Both the position numbers and the translations under genes were made by a program. Of a DNA stretch of 64,000 bases, positions 38,523-53,500 are shown one piece after another. Under the pieces are notes generated by a model that was not told the origin of the DNA, ran no database searches, and was given only the letters and a program-made list of their open reading frames with translations. The DNA is from Sphaerodactylus townsendi (lineage: Eukaryota): NCBI RefSeq assembly GCF_021028975.2, contig NC_059427.1, forward strand, positions 71,548,001-71,612,000, in the 5' to 3' direction. Positions within the stretch are counted from its first letter, which is position 1; every line of letters begins with the position of its first letter.

Positions 38523-41500
38523 GTGAGTTTTTGGTTTTGTTTTATAGATAACGTAGATAATATGTTTTATAGATAATATGCAGGCAGGAGATATCCTCAC
38601 AGAACAAAGAGGGCAAGTAGGGTAATGGTTCAAGGGGCCAGAGCAGAAGGTTTCAAAACAAGCAGATGTAGTTATTTATTTTGGAGGAAGGCTGGGAGAA
38701 GGGCAGCCTTGTCCTTAGACCCTGATACTGATGGCACACTCACAAGGATGTGGTCTGCTAGTCGGTATGGTGTAACCCTTCCCTAGCGGGAAAATAAGTG
38801 ACACAAACATCATTTGGTAAGGCTCTGACTTCATCAAGGGCACAATTGAGTGCATAGCAATCGTGACAACATCCACCAGTCACAGAGCAGGGCACTGCCA
38901 AGGCTCCTGAGAGTGGCAGTCTTGTCACAGCCAACTGCCGCCCCTGGTTTGGCCACAGTTTGATATCACACAGCTGCCAGCCACAGGAAGGGCTGTGGCT
39001 CAGTGGAAAATATCTGATTTGCATGCAAAAGATCCCAGTTCAACCCTCAGCTTCTCCAGTTAAAAGATCAGGTGCTCTTCCTGACACCCTGGAGAGGAAT
39101 TTACCTTTATGGACCAACAGTCTGATTCAGTGTAAAGGAGTTTCATGAATTCACATGCAGAGTTCTATAGGGAGAGTTCTGGGGAAGAAGAGCAGCTAGC
39201 TCTTTGACCCTACAGAGGCTGGTGGCCCAAGTGGTAGAAACCTGAGATATATATTTCAGGGGGCTCCACAGAGAAGAGTTTGAGTCCCTGTGTGCAGTCA
39301 AATTTCCTTTTGCCAGACAGATATGAAGGGGAGTCCTGTGGTCACCAGTTGGCCTGGTGAAAAATGTCTTGTCCTGTTATCAGAAGCTTAGGGTATGGAA
39401 ATGGACAATTGAAGTGGACAGCTGGAGGTAAATAGCATCCCATTAAGCCTCTGTTAAAGGGGCAAGATATTTTTCTGGCAACCCTATAATCCAGCTGCAG
39501 CATTCCTGCATTCTTTTAGTACATCAAAGGCAACTACTATAGACTGCCCAAGACTTCTCTTGCCAAGAGTTTAGATTCAAGTCAATGGAGGACATGGAGG
39601 AAGCACAAGCCTTTTGCCAGGAAAGGGAAACAATGTACTCTGTGCCCAACATGGACCAGAGATGGGTCTGTGTTGCATGCCTATGTAACCATATGGATAT
39701 GGCCCTCTATTGAGGTTGTGGGGAAAGGCATTTTATTCCTGAGCCATAGGAGAGTCCTAAGGAAAATGAATCCTGGGGGAGGGGAGAGTTCTGAGGAGAA
39801 AAAGGAGAGAGAAGCCATGTGGGCAGTGGTGGGATTCAAATAATTTAACAACCGGTTGTTTACAAGCACTATTTTAACAACCGATTCTGCCGAAGTGGTG
39901 CGAACCTGCTGAATCCTACTACTGCATGTGGGACTGAGGGCAAAGAACAGATTGAATGGAGAAAGAATTTCAGCAGCAGCACACACACAAACATACACAC
40001 ACAAGCACCGCCACAGAAACCACCACAGACAGATGGGTAGAGGACACCACCAGGTTTGAAAGACGTGCAGAAGGTCTTAGAGAGACCGTAAAAAACCCCA
40101 AATACTACATCAATCCCAACTTTAAGTTGAGTCTTTTTATATATGCATCCTGCTTTGATTGCCAGTCCTTCTTTGTTGAATTAAACCCCACTTCTGTTTT
40201 AAGTTCTACTTGTGTATAGGTGACTGGAGGATGTGGTAGTTGGGTTTGAATTTCTCTTCTGTTTTTCTTTCCCTACCAGCCATTCCTCCTATTAGGAAAT
40301 GGAAGCCAGTGAGCAGGAAGCATATTCTGGGATTGGAGAGGTTTAGGAAATTGGCTAAATCCTGCTTCACCTGAGGTTGCCCAGTTCCGCACTATCATAG
40401 TGGTCACACTGATGTGGCATTGCTGTGATGTTGGTGGGTCTGGCTGAAGAGTATCTTCAAAATTTTCCACCATAGGTTTAGCCACCATCATAAACCCTCA
40501 CAAGTTTCAGATAAGATCACACTGTGTGACAGCTAAATATGAGACTAAGGGGTATGTTGGGGTCTGTTATGGCATGAGGTCAGGAAAGTCATGTTTGGCA
40601 AGGACATCACAGGGGGAAGTTAGGGGGAAGTTTGAGGAGAGCATGTGAGGAAGTGAATTGTACTGGCTATTTATTCTATTTATCCTGTATTACATATTCA
40701 AGTTTTTGCTCTGGTATGCCTTTTTCTAGCTTTGTGCTGGGCCGTGAGGCCATGCAGAAGATGGCTACAGCTGCTGTGCTGGTCTCTGGCATGAAGGGGC
40801 TGGGTGTGGAGATCGCCAAGAACATCATTCTTGCAGGAGTGAAATCTGTCACTGTCCACGATCAGCATGATGCTCAGTGGAGTGATCTCTCCTCACAGGT
40901 ATGCTTGTGGGAGCACAAGTGCCAGACATGTAGCGCAGTTTTTGCCATTTATTGGCATAATATGCACATCCTGGAAAAGGCAATCATATTTTGCCTTCCA
41001 AAGGCTATATGGGTACTCTTCCTTCCACTTCCTTTTTGTATGCTTAAAGGTAATATACATTTTGAGGTTTATTTTTCTTTTTAAAATCCTTAAATTCCAG
41101 TAAAAGATTACTTTTGTTAGTTTACACAAATTATACTTCAGGTACATTTCATGTTCCACCATCTCTAGTGTCGTCATAAGTCATCTGAACTTTTGACTAG
41201 TCCTACTGTTCTTATAGTGGTGACTAAAGGGGACCTCCGCTTTCAGAGGCGGCAAACCTCAGGGGAAGGCTTTGGCCCCTATGTCCTATTGCCTTCCAGG
41301 GCAACTGGTTAGCCCCTGTGAAAATGCTGGACTGGATGAACAACTGGGTTGATCCAACCGGGCTTTTCTTATGTTCTGCTACAGCCAGACAACAGTTAAT
41401 AATAACTGTTCATACTTTAACTACTTTCATGAGCTATGATGTAATCTAGGCATGAAATTCAAATGAGGTTGTGCAGTTTGGGAAGTTGGATGAGTCAGTT

Positions 41501-44500
41501 TATTTTGCTGTTAAAAATAGTCTGAAGAGAAATGGTAAAGTGCCACCAGTTTAGCTCATTAGCAAAAAAAAAAAAGAGCAACTCCCCGCCTCTAAAACAA
41601 TGAAGTGTGGGAAGTGAGTGAAATCCCTGCCTGCTCTGTAATGCGGTACTTATCCCTGCCCTTTCAAAGCTGTCATACAATAGCCTGCTAGTTTAATTAA
41701 CAGTTCAGGAGTTGCTGCCTTCTTATGTAGCTGGGTAATACTGTAAATGCTTTGCAGTTTTTTTCCTTTTAAACATTTTATTAGGTTTCTGTACTGCCCT
41801 CCCCTTTCATGCTAAGGCGGGTTTCCAGCCATACAAACATTATTCCAAATATAATAAATACATTAAAATCAAGTTAAAACAATACAAATTCTATACAAAT
41901 CCTGATGGCAGTAATATATCCAAATTCACCAGAGACCAATTGGAAGGTCAGAAGGGGTCAGGAGGGGGAGGTCTGAGAAGGTAACTGTCACTGCCTCAAC
42001 TGCATGCTTGGTGGACCAGCTCTATCTTACAGACCCTGCAGAACTACATCAGATTGGGTGCTGATTTACCTAAGGGGTCATCTTAAAACTCATAACCTGG
42101 TACCCGCATTTTCAACCTTATCACCATACTTTGGAAGCTCTGTATGAAATTGAGAAAGCGGGTCTGGTCCACTCAGCTTTGCTTCTCTGCCTGAATGTTA
42201 ACATTCCCCCTGAAAATGGAGGAGGAAAGGGAGGATAAAATGGCTGAAGGGGAAGTTGGGGGGTTATACAGGGGCCTGAATAAGGGGTCAATGATATTTA
42301 GTGGGGCAGAGACATAAAGACAATTTCAACATGATTGCATGCTTACGGAAAGCTAGCTTGGAAACAGGGCAAAACACTGCAGAAAACATTTTTGTGAACC
42401 TAGTAGAGAACAAGTTAACTAGAAATATTTCTGGAACCAAACCGGGGGAGGGGGTGGGGGAATATTTCAAAGTCCATAGAAAAAATGTAGCATTTGCCAG
42501 CAGGTTATGTAGTAAACAACTTGTGCAGAAAAGCCGTGAGTCTTCACTAATTGTTGTGTCTTCACAATACCAGGGTAAGAATATGTATACTCTGCTAAGA
42601 CTATCTATCTCCCTGCTCTATTAAAATGAAATTTGGTGATCTGGATAGATTAGTTCATTTGCATTTAAATAACAAACAATGTAACAGTCTTATGCATCCT
42701 TTTGGCTATATGGGAAGAGTAGTAAAACCTCTATGACAGTTGTGCAGTCTCAAGCAGAGTGACCTCTTTTTGAGCTCATGACTTTCAGTTCACTTAGTCT
42801 TAGAAGGATATGCACTCTCTGCACTGTGGATCACTGAAGTCTTGCCTCTTGGTACTGGCCAAGTTCCCCTTTGACTTCTGAGATTTCCTCAGGCATTGCA
42901 GGGCCCATATATTATCAAGCCCGTCTTTTCAGTCATAAGGAATTAGAAACGTATTTGTTTTTATAAAGTAAATGAATGTTGATATATTCAGGATGCTGCT
43001 TACTACTCCCAGTACCAAATTCCATACTTGCATGTACAATTACAGAACGCAAACAACCCTGGTACTATTCTGCTGATTCAGCGGTTGGTACACCCTATTT
43101 TTAATATGTATTTGATGGTGTATAAAGTCTGGGAATGGTACTATCAGCCAAATCTTGTGTCTGACCTCAGGCAATGTACTGAATCTGGGAAGAGGACTAG
43201 CAACAAAAGAGTAAATTCCCTGCTTTTTTGGGTTACGTGTGCCTGTGACAAAACCATAATAACCTTCCCCCTTAACATTGCTGTCTCTCTTCAGTTCTAC
43301 CTGTCTGAGAAAGATGTGGGCCAGAATCGAGCTGTGGTTTCACAGCACCGTCTTGCAGAACTGAACAGCTACGTGCCTGTGCTAGCCTATACTGAAGCGC
43401 TGTCTGAGAGTTTCTTGTCTGCCTTCCAGGTATAGACAGATCTGCATATATCACACCATACATCATCCCAAAGAGAGGGAGAGGGAGCAGTTTTGGCGTC
43501 ACCTCTGTAAGGCTTCACAATAGCATGCACCCTAGTGTTGCACTGAGCAAATCTTCCTCCAGCCTAAAGTGCCTTCCTCCCACTGATCCCATTGGATGAA
43601 GAGCCCCTTAAGTTGGAGGTAGACTTCTTAGGCTGAAGAAATTTCTTCCAGCCTAAGGCTGAATATAGGTCAGTATCTGGTGTTTACACAAGACTTTATC
43701 CAAACCTACTGTAGTGGCTTCTGCTTCTTGTGCTGCAGCTACAGGCAAGCCTATAGGCCTGTGTCCAGGTATTTATGATAGTGGCAGTACGAGGGCTAAT
43801 TATCCAGGGTTCAAATGTCACACTCCAAAACACTTGGTCAAAATCAGACTGCTCAGCTCATGTGGCAATGGGCTGGATTAGCTGTATTATACCATGCCTG
43901 AGCCACCCAAGTAGCTGTCACAATCAACACAATGAGGAAGGTGCTAATGTGCCCTCACGGGCTTAGCTCTCTTGTGGCTGCTGGTGGTGTGGGAGGAGGG
44001 AGCGGAAGCACCCTTTACCTGTCATCAGCTTCTGGATCCATCTCACCAGTAGCTGGATCCAAGCCAGCCATAAGGACTCAGCTTGCTCCCAGCCAACAGC
44101 AGCACAAAAGGAAGGGACGACCATGGCTTGGTTTGGGAAGGGCTGCTGCTGTGTTGTTTCTTATGGCCTTGTTTCTTATTCTGTGAGACCCTGATCTCAT
44201 CCAGCAGTAAACTCCAACTTTTGCTGCAGGTTGTAGTCCTGACCAACTCATCCTTGGAGGAGCAGCTGTGTATCAGTGATTATTGCCACGCCAACAACAT
44301 TTGCTTTGTCATTGCTGACACCAAGGGTCTGGCTGGGTATGTGTTGAGTGAATGCTGTCCTGTGCCAAGAAGGGAGTATTGTGGTGGTGGGGTGAAGTGA
44401 TATCCCAGTTCAGAGGAACGCTCAAATAGATTTTCAGTGGGGACCTGGGGGATACTTGTGGGTGGAGGGCCTGTGTGAAGAGATGCTTTTCATGATAGTG

Positions 44501-47500
44501 AAGGAGAACTTGAGTGTGGTGCAGTGATAAAGTGAACCCCTGTGGGAAAGAAGTATTAACTCTTTTGCCTTCCTTCTGAACTCTAGGCAGCTCTTCTGTG
44601 ATTTTGGAGAACACTTTGTGGTATATGATCCTTCTGAGACTGAACCTGTCTCTGCTGTCATTCAGCACATAACCCAGGTAATTAAGTTCTTCTGACTTTG
44701 CCTAGTGAGTTTTGATGCCCTTCCCATGTCCCACTTCTTATGCTTGCCTTCTTTATCATCTGGATCCAGTCTGTATATTTCCATGGAGGCTATAACTTTT
44801 TCATCTAGAAGTAAACACTTTCCCCTGTATCTTTTTTTCAAAGGGTAACCCTGGTGTGTTGACAGTGGCCTGTGAGGATGAGCAGGGACGAGGCCACCAG
44901 TTTGAGGATGGCAACTGGGTGACATTCTTAGAGGTTGAAGGGATGACCGAAGTTAATAACCTTGAGCCACGTCCAATCTGTGTGACTGGTAAGACTGCCT
45001 GTTTTCTCCCTTTCCACATTTCTGTGTGGGCAATACATTTCAACCCACAGAAGATAGTGTGATGAGGGGTAAAGGACTGTAATAGGAAGGAATGGCTTAT
45101 GAGGAAGAACTCTGACGGAAAGGTGGGAGAGGTGCTAAGTATACAGAGGACTGCATCATTCCTCTCACATCAGAAGGATGCTGCAAGACTTCAGTATGGG
45201 TGAGATTCCTATGTTTGGTTGATCAAGATGGCTTCAGAGAGGCTTGTGTTGTGAAGGCTGCATCAGTAGCAAATGCATTGCTTGCTTTTATTTTACTCCA
45301 GTCATATTGATCTACTCAGAAACATAATGGAGTCCTATACTTGTGCTTTTTATCTAGGACCGTACACCCTGGAGATTGGAGACACATCTTCCTTTTCTCC
45401 ATATAAAAGTGGTGGGAACATCACACAAGTCAAGATGCCCCAACTGCACTCCTTTGTATGTATTAATTTCAAAACCTGAGGGATTTAAGGAGGTTAAGGA
45501 GGAAAATAAGGTTATCCCTTTCAAGCTACATCATAGATGCCTTCACAAAGGGCGTAATGGGGCCTGTGTAATCTTATTACCTGGCAGAGCTTTTTAGTTG
45601 GAGGACTCGCCTGAGGTCAAGAACTCCATTTCGCTAGGGAAGACCAATTGGAACTATATTCTAGAGCATGGGCCTGGTTCTCTGAGATAAAGACTTACCA
45701 AAAACTAAGGTTGCCATCTTCAGGTTATGAACTACCTGGAGATTTTGGGGGTGGACCCTGAAGAGGGTAGAGTTTGCAGGAGGAGGGACTTCAATAGGAC
45801 AATATGCCATAGATTCTACCTTCCAAAGTGGCAATTTTGTCCAGGTAAACTTATGTCACCTGGTGATCTGTTGTAATAGTGAAAAATCTCCAGCCACTAG
45901 CTGGAGGTTGGCAACCCTATAGAAAATGATAGAAGGAGTTCAGTGTTCTTGAGGTGGTTGCCTTATAAGAAAGGACATGAATTTTGTACTTTCCATTTAT
46001 TTCTGAATTGCCAGGAATCCTTGAGGGTCTCCATGAACAGTCCCAAGATCAAAACTCCTGATGCAGGGAAAATGTCTCGCTATCACACCCTTCACAGGGC
46101 CTTCTGGGCACAGCATTTATTCCAGAGCAAAATGAAGCGTCTGCCTAGGCCTAGAAATCAGGCAAGACCCTCTAGACTTTTTCACCTCTGGCAACTCATG
46201 CTCTTCTTCCAGCTTGCTTCATTTCCTCATAACCTGTCCTGAGCTTCCCTACATTTTCTCATAACCTGACCTTTCCTACAGAAAGTTTCTTCTTTCTGCA
46301 AATTATCTCGTTACCTCTTCTCCAAGTAACCATTATGGTCATCCTCAGCAAGATACCTTGCCCAACTTCATCCATCATTATTTCTTGGTAGGCAGATGCG
46401 GAGGAGATGGTGAAGCTAGCACAGGCCCTACCTATGGGTCAGCACCCCCTGGCTGAGGATCTGGTGCGGACATTTGCATATGGTTGTACTGGGGCCCTGA
46501 ATCCAATCAATGCCTTCATTGGAGCTGTAGCTGCTCATGAGGTGCTGAAGGTGAGTAGTGAAGAAACTACACAGGCAGCCTATTATGTTTGGAGGACATT
46601 TCCCATGGTGCATCTGGGCCCTAAGAAGCCCTAAAGTGGTGGTGGTGGGAATACCAAAGGGGCACAGTCCTCTTTTAATACCATTGATGATTAGGGATTC
46701 TAAGTTTGGTAGTTGAAGCTGTAACTGCTGTACAGGCCACTGATCTTTCTCATATAGACTGTTGAGGCCACAGGTTGCAGCATCAGCAGCAGCCCTGGAT
46801 TAACCAGTAAGCAAAATAAGCATGTGCTTAGGCCTCAAGTAAAGAGAGCCCCATTGAGTTTTTTTTCTCCTTTTCTTGGCTAAACGTTGAAGCAGATTTA
46901 TTACATCAGATTAATTTTGAGGATATGACCTAAGACTCTGTGATTAAAAAATGCAGGAGAAAACTTTTTATAGTTTAAAGTTATAAGTAAGCAACAGTAA
47001 ACATTATTTTGCATCTTTGATTCATGTAAGTTAAAATGCTATGTATCTTCAAGACAGGAAAGCAGTGGAATAATACGTGTTTTGTTTCTTACAAATAATG
47101 ATATTTATTCATTAGAATATATATATATTATGGTTTACTATTGTTTTTGTTTTGAATTACATATACAGTATTGGGGGAGGAGGTTGTACCACAATCTTTT
47201 CAGTGCTTAGGACCTCTAAAGGTCTTAATCTGGTCCTGATTAGAAGGATTGTGTAACACTTTTGTTCTCTGCAAGAAGCAGCAATACATTTAATTGGTTA
47301 TTAAATAACAAACAGGCAGAAACTGCCTAAAGGTAGCAATTATGACTGAGTTACCAGGACATTTCCCAGTGGATCCCAGAAGTGGCAGCTTCCTTTCCTA
47401 CTTAGAAAGGCAAGTATCCCATCTCCATGATCTACTTAACTCTGTATCACCATTGACGTTTGGGATGTTGCCTGTCCTTTTTAAACCAATCTAACTGGTT

Positions 47501-50500
47501 TTCTTTTGGAATAGCCAGATATGATTGTCAATTGATTATTTAAACAAACAAACATACTAACAATTACGGTAGGCAATTTTAAATGAGTGCAGAGAGGAGG
47601 CAATTCACTCACATTTTTCAAGGCCTACTTCTTCCGATTTTTATATTTATGGAACATAAAAACTGTCATTAATTTCAGTGGTCAGTTATACATCTATGGT
47701 GTCTGGTTTAGTTCCCAGAAACAGGGCTAGAGTACATGATATAATAACAAGTTAGGCTTAGGTTTTGGGGACACAACTTGCATCCGCACACAGTAACTGT
47801 TGGGAATGGGTTTTTCAAAGTCTGTGGGGAAGGGTAATTTGATGTGGTGCTGTGGTGTGTGGAGAGCAGAGGTGTAGCTGGGCCAAACTGCGCCCGGTGC
47901 GCAGTCTATATTTTCCACCCCCCATGCCCCACACAGTGCCCCTCCCCCCCCACGGCTCTCCCTTCCCCCCTTCTACATTTACCTTAGTTCCTTTCCTTTT
48001 TTCCCTAGAACTTTTTCAGGCTGAAAAAAAGGCCTATTCACAGTTCAGGCTTAAAAACGGCCTGATGGGAACTATACTTCTCAGGAGACCTTGTGAGCCC
48101 CAAAGTCTCCTGGGAACTAGTTCCTCAGGCCGTTTTTAGCCTGTACTGTGAACAGGCCTTTTTTTCAGGCTGAAAAAGTTCTAGGAAAAGGAAAGGAACT
48201 AAGGTAAGTGTGGGAAGGGGGTGGGGGGTGCCGCAGGGGGGCACTGCGGGGGAGAATGGGGAAGGGGGAGGGGTCAAGGGGAATTTTGCACCCCCATGTG
48301 ACCCAACACCGTGCGCCCGGTGCGTGGCACACACACACACACACACACTCCCTGGTTGCCCTGCCTCTGGTGGAGAGGAAATTCCTGCCTTCCCTCCTGC
48401 ACAATTTTTCCTGAGCAGAAGCACCCCTGGCGCAAATAACTCTGGACTGAACTTGTTAGAAATTGTATTGTGTAGTTTGGCACTATGATATGCATCAAAT
48501 TTTTCCACATTATCAAGATGTGCACCTCTGAGCTCCTTCAGACTTTATCTGAGGTGTCAGTAACGGAACATGTAAGTGCCTTATACTGTCTGAGATTCTG
48601 CTGTTTGTGGTTCCGATATGAGATCTTAAGAAATTTACAGGAGGGAGGTTCACGTGCAGTTTGTGACTTTTCCATGTGCAAGTTCTCCCTCAGGCATTAC
48701 ATTGAAGCTCAAACCCTAGAATCAGGAAGTATTGACACATCTGTTTCTAATAATATTTGGAGCCACTCCTGCATGTATACATTTTAAAATAGGAGCCATG
48801 AAAAGACAACACAAAACAGAAAAACATATAACCCCACCTCCCCTCCCCAAAACCCAAGCACAACCTATTACACATCATAAGGTGACTTCCAGCCATCTTA
48901 CCTTTGACTACAGGTTAATTTTAACTTCAGTGTTTACGGTTAGCATGTTCTTTCAGTAATTCTTTCTTAAATATATTCTGGTAATTACAGTCTACTATTT
49001 TCTTTAAATTTCAAACCCTAACACTACTTCTATGTTTGAGTAGCTTTTCAAAAGGTAGAATCATAGAGTTGGAAGAGACCACAAGGGCCATCAAGTCCAA
49101 CCCCCTGCCATGCAGGAACACACAATCAAAGCACTCCTGACATATGATCATCAAGCCTCTGTTTAAAAACCTCCAAAGAAGAAGACTCCACCACTCTCCA
49201 AGGCAGTAAATCCCACTGTCAAACAGCCCTGACAGTCAGAAAGTTCTTCCTCATGTTTAGGTGGAATCTCTTTTCCTTCACCTTGAATCCATTACTCCAG
49301 GTCTTAGTCTCTGAGGCAGCACAAAACAACCTTGCTCTCTCTTTGACATGACATCCCTTCCAATATTTAAACATAGCTATCATGTCTCCTCTTAACCTTC
49401 GCTTCTCCAGACTAAACATTCCTAGCTCCCTAAGTCTCTCTTCGTAGGGCATGGATTCCAGACCTTTCACCATTTTGGTTGCCCTCCTCTGGACACGTTC
49501 CAGCTTGTCAATATCCTTCTTAAATTATGGTGCCCAGAACTGAACCCAGTACTCTAGGTAAGGTCTGATCAATGCAGAGTAGAATGGTACAATTACTTCC
49601 CTTGATCTAGACACTATACTCTTATTGATGCATCCCAGAATTGCATTGGCTTTCTTGGCTGCCATATCACACTGCTGAGTCATGTTCAGCTTGTGGTCTA
49701 CTAAGACTCCCATATCTCTTTCACATGTACTGTTGTCAAGTCAGGTGTCACCTCTCCTATATCCATGCATTTCCTTTTTTCTGCTGAAGTATAGAATTTT
49801 ACATTTATCTCTGTTGAAATTTATTTTGGTTGTTTTGGCCCAGCTCTCTAATCTGTCCAGATGATTTTGAATCGTGCCCCTTCTAATTTGGTATTATCTG
49901 TAAATTTGATTAACATGCCCTCTATTTCATTTTCCTGGTCATTGATAAAAATATTGAATAGCACTGGGCCTAGGACAGAACCCTGTGGCACTCCACTATT
50001 CACTTCTCTCCAGAATGAAAATGAGCCATTGATGAGCACTCTTTGTATTCGGCCAGTCAACCAGTTACAAATCCATCTAACAGTTGCATCATCTAGTCCA
50101 CATATTTCCAGCTTACTTGCAAGAATATAATGGGGCACCTCGTCAAAGGCCTTACTTTACAGGTATTCTGTAAAAGGTTTCCTGTTTTGTGAAAAATTGT
50201 TCAAACTATTATCTCTTAATGATGATGTCAGTTTTGCCATTTCTGCATATTGTGTAACTTTCAAAATCCAGACCACTTTTGTTGGTATCTTATTGTCTCT
50301 CCATTTTTGTGCAAAGTTGTCATATACATAAACAGTTCTACATCACTTAGAAACGTCTTCACCCATTATTCCCAACAGAAAGGTGTCAAATTTTTTCACA
50401 ATTGTTATTTTCACATTTTTTGCAGTTCCTTGAGTATCATATCCCAAAAAATCATAGCCTCTTTTCATGTCGACCACATATGAAAAAAGACCCCTCTTGA

Positions 50501-53500
50501 TGTTGACATTTCCAGCATCTATTTGACAAGCCTTTATACATGTTTGCCATTTTTTTGGTTTCAAATACTATCTATACATCATTTTGCAACAATTTTTGTT
50601 CAAATTGTAACATGCTATAAACGATAATAATCTGAAACAAAACATACAGCTACACACTGTCTTGGACTTGTTACAAAATATAAAATATAATACCTAATTT
50701 CATTTTCTGTTCCACCTCCATTAATTTCATGTTCCAACTCCTGACTGTATATACTTTTTATTCATTCAACAAGAGCAGGTAGAGTAACACATGGCAAGGT
50801 ATGCATAGTCACTTTTGAACTTGGGTGTAAACCTTTCTTTAATCACTTTCACATGGAGGTTTGTCTCCACTTTGGTTTCCAAACTGGAGCACTTTTGGGG
50901 GACCATCTGTACAATGTCATGTTCAGCTTGTGCTCAAATTATCCTTTTCCTGTTCTTTCCAAATCTGCTTTTCAACATCCTGTTTGAAAAGAACATATTC
51001 CAAGCACCTAATCACACCATCTGGATGGGACATATGGATTTTTAAAGGTCTCGCCCACATCAGTGCTATTTTCCTTCTTCCAACCCGTGATAGCCACCAT
51101 TTTCCCTACTGCACAACCTCCTGCTTTGTGAGGCTTTAAAAAAATTGGTAGTTGCTATAGCGCTATAATATTATAGCACTACATCATTTACTAATTTTAA
51201 AAAGATCCTTAAAAATGCTCACCAGGGGCTTGGAAGGGGGGGGGGGATGCAATCAATCAATCAATAAATAAATAATGCAGTATGGAGAGTCTCTGTTGTG
51301 TTGGATGCATCCTTTTTTGTTTGCTGGCAAATGTGTGGGGTTTTTCTTTCTGTTTTGCAGATTGGCCACTAGATGGCATCTGAAGCTTTGGGTCAGTTTT
51401 TTTTAAAGTAGGAGACTTCTCTGATTTGAAGATAGGTTTGTCCCACAGTCAGTTTTATCAATAAGCAAGCAAGACCACCACCCAGCAGGAATTGTTATCA
51501 GGGGAAGGGCCCCCTTAAGAGTACTCTAGTTAAGTTTAGTTAGTGCTTGCCTGCTTGTCTTTGTGTTTTCTGAGCCACATCTGAAAGAGGTCTGTTGCCA
51601 TTTGATCTTAAAGTTTGATTTAGTGCTTTATGGTGAAGAGCGGAATGATTGCATTATTATGGGCCTCTTTTCCCTGTTTTTTTGCTTTAATGTGATTGAA
51701 CGTTCTGATTTTAGCATTTGTTCTGTCAGATACCTCCTGTTGTCCATGAGCATCGTTCAGGTCCATTAAATGTAATTACACAGCATGAAAGCTAGTATAG
51801 CACGGTGCCTAAAGCCCTTTTCCTTCATTTGATCAACTTGTGGGTAAAGGGAGATTGCTCAGAGTGCAGTCTTCTTGATATGTGTGGTTACCAGTTGTGT
51901 GAACAGGGAATGTTTGTATTTTCTAACTTTAATTTGTGCAAATAGGTTCTCTAAAAACTAGGGTTTCCAGTTGCACAAACCAAAGCAAAAATAAATAAAT
52001 ACCCGCATTACCCTGCTTAAGCAATATGGAAGCCATTTGGAGGATTGTACTATGTGTGTGTGACCTCTCCTTGCACACAGTTAATAGTAATGACTGAAAG
52101 AGGCTTAAGAGACTGACAGTGCAGTCCTAAATCCTTGGTTCAAATTTTGCCTCAACTATTAAATTGATAGAGGTCTTTAGGCAAAGCACTAGATCTCAGC
52201 TGTAGTCCCTTCACCTGAAGAATGGAGGTGAGAATACTGACCTTAGAGGTTACAATGTGAAGCGTTTTGAACGTGATTAACACATTTGTATACAGTATCT
52301 GAAAAGTGTTGTTAGACCAGGGTCTGACATTGGTGCTGAAGATTCCAAACCTGGGGGATAATTTGGGAATATTTTGTGGCTCAGGTTAGGCAAGATCTCA
52401 GCTGGGTTCCAAAGGGGAACATTGTTAAAAGGCAGGATGGACTGATTTCCAGCCCTCCTGCAGCACCTCAAGCCTGTCTGCAAATAAGATCAATCTTTAC
52501 CAGTATGAAAACGAGTTATCTCCTAGCTAGCTGGCTGAAGTGCTCTGCAGGATTAGATGGTGAACAGAATAGGGGATGGATTGGCTTACCAAAGTTATTG
52601 TTATTATTAACTTTACCAGATGTCAGTGCAAGAAAGTTAACTTTGCCTAGAACTCCCCATCTCTTGTTCCCAGGCTTCTCAGAAAGATTTGGCTCCAACA
52701 ATTTTTTTTCCTGCCAATTTTTCCTCTTCTTTCCTGCCTGTTCTACCTCCGTTGGCATCTGAGCACAAGACTTGATCCAATGTCATTTTTTAATTTTTAT
52801 TTTACTTTCTGCTGAAGAAGATGATTTCAGTAATTTATATAACAAATGGAAAACTCCTTCTTTTAGTTGTAATCAGGAATTTGGTTATTCAGACCTATGA
52901 GATGTTCATTTTTCATGGGATGGTCTCCAAGCACAGTGGAGTATGAACTAGCCAAGTTGTGAGTTGCAACCGATATCTGAGGATCAGAATTTCTGCTGTT
53001 TTTCACCTGTGATTTTTAGTGCTGAATAAATTGATTTCTGGAGGCAGGGAGCTCATTAGGGTTCCATAACAAGTGGCTGGCCAGCAGGGTCTGCTGCCAT
53101 TGTGACCTTACTGAAGTTGAGAAGAGTGATGAGGTTCTTGTGCCCTGGTTTATGACAGGCAAGAAATGAAAAATGCAGCTCTTGCTGGCATGCAGATGAA
53201 GGCATAAGGAAGCTTTTCCTATTGAATTTCTTTCTGTTACTTATTTGTTACAGGCACAAGAGCCTGCTCAAGGAATAAAGGTGGTAAGCGTCATGGTATT
53301 GTTCTGGAGGCTTTTGTGACCCTTGAGAGAAACAGCTTTCTGCCCCCCACAAACAAAAAAGTGCAGTTCCTCCAAAGTAAAATTTCTCCCTCTTGTTATG
53401 CCTGCAGGCAGCTTCTGGGAAATTCACTCCTCTGGACCAGTGGCTATATTTTGATGCCTATGAATGTTTGCCTGAGGAAGATCATGGTGTGTTGCTGACT

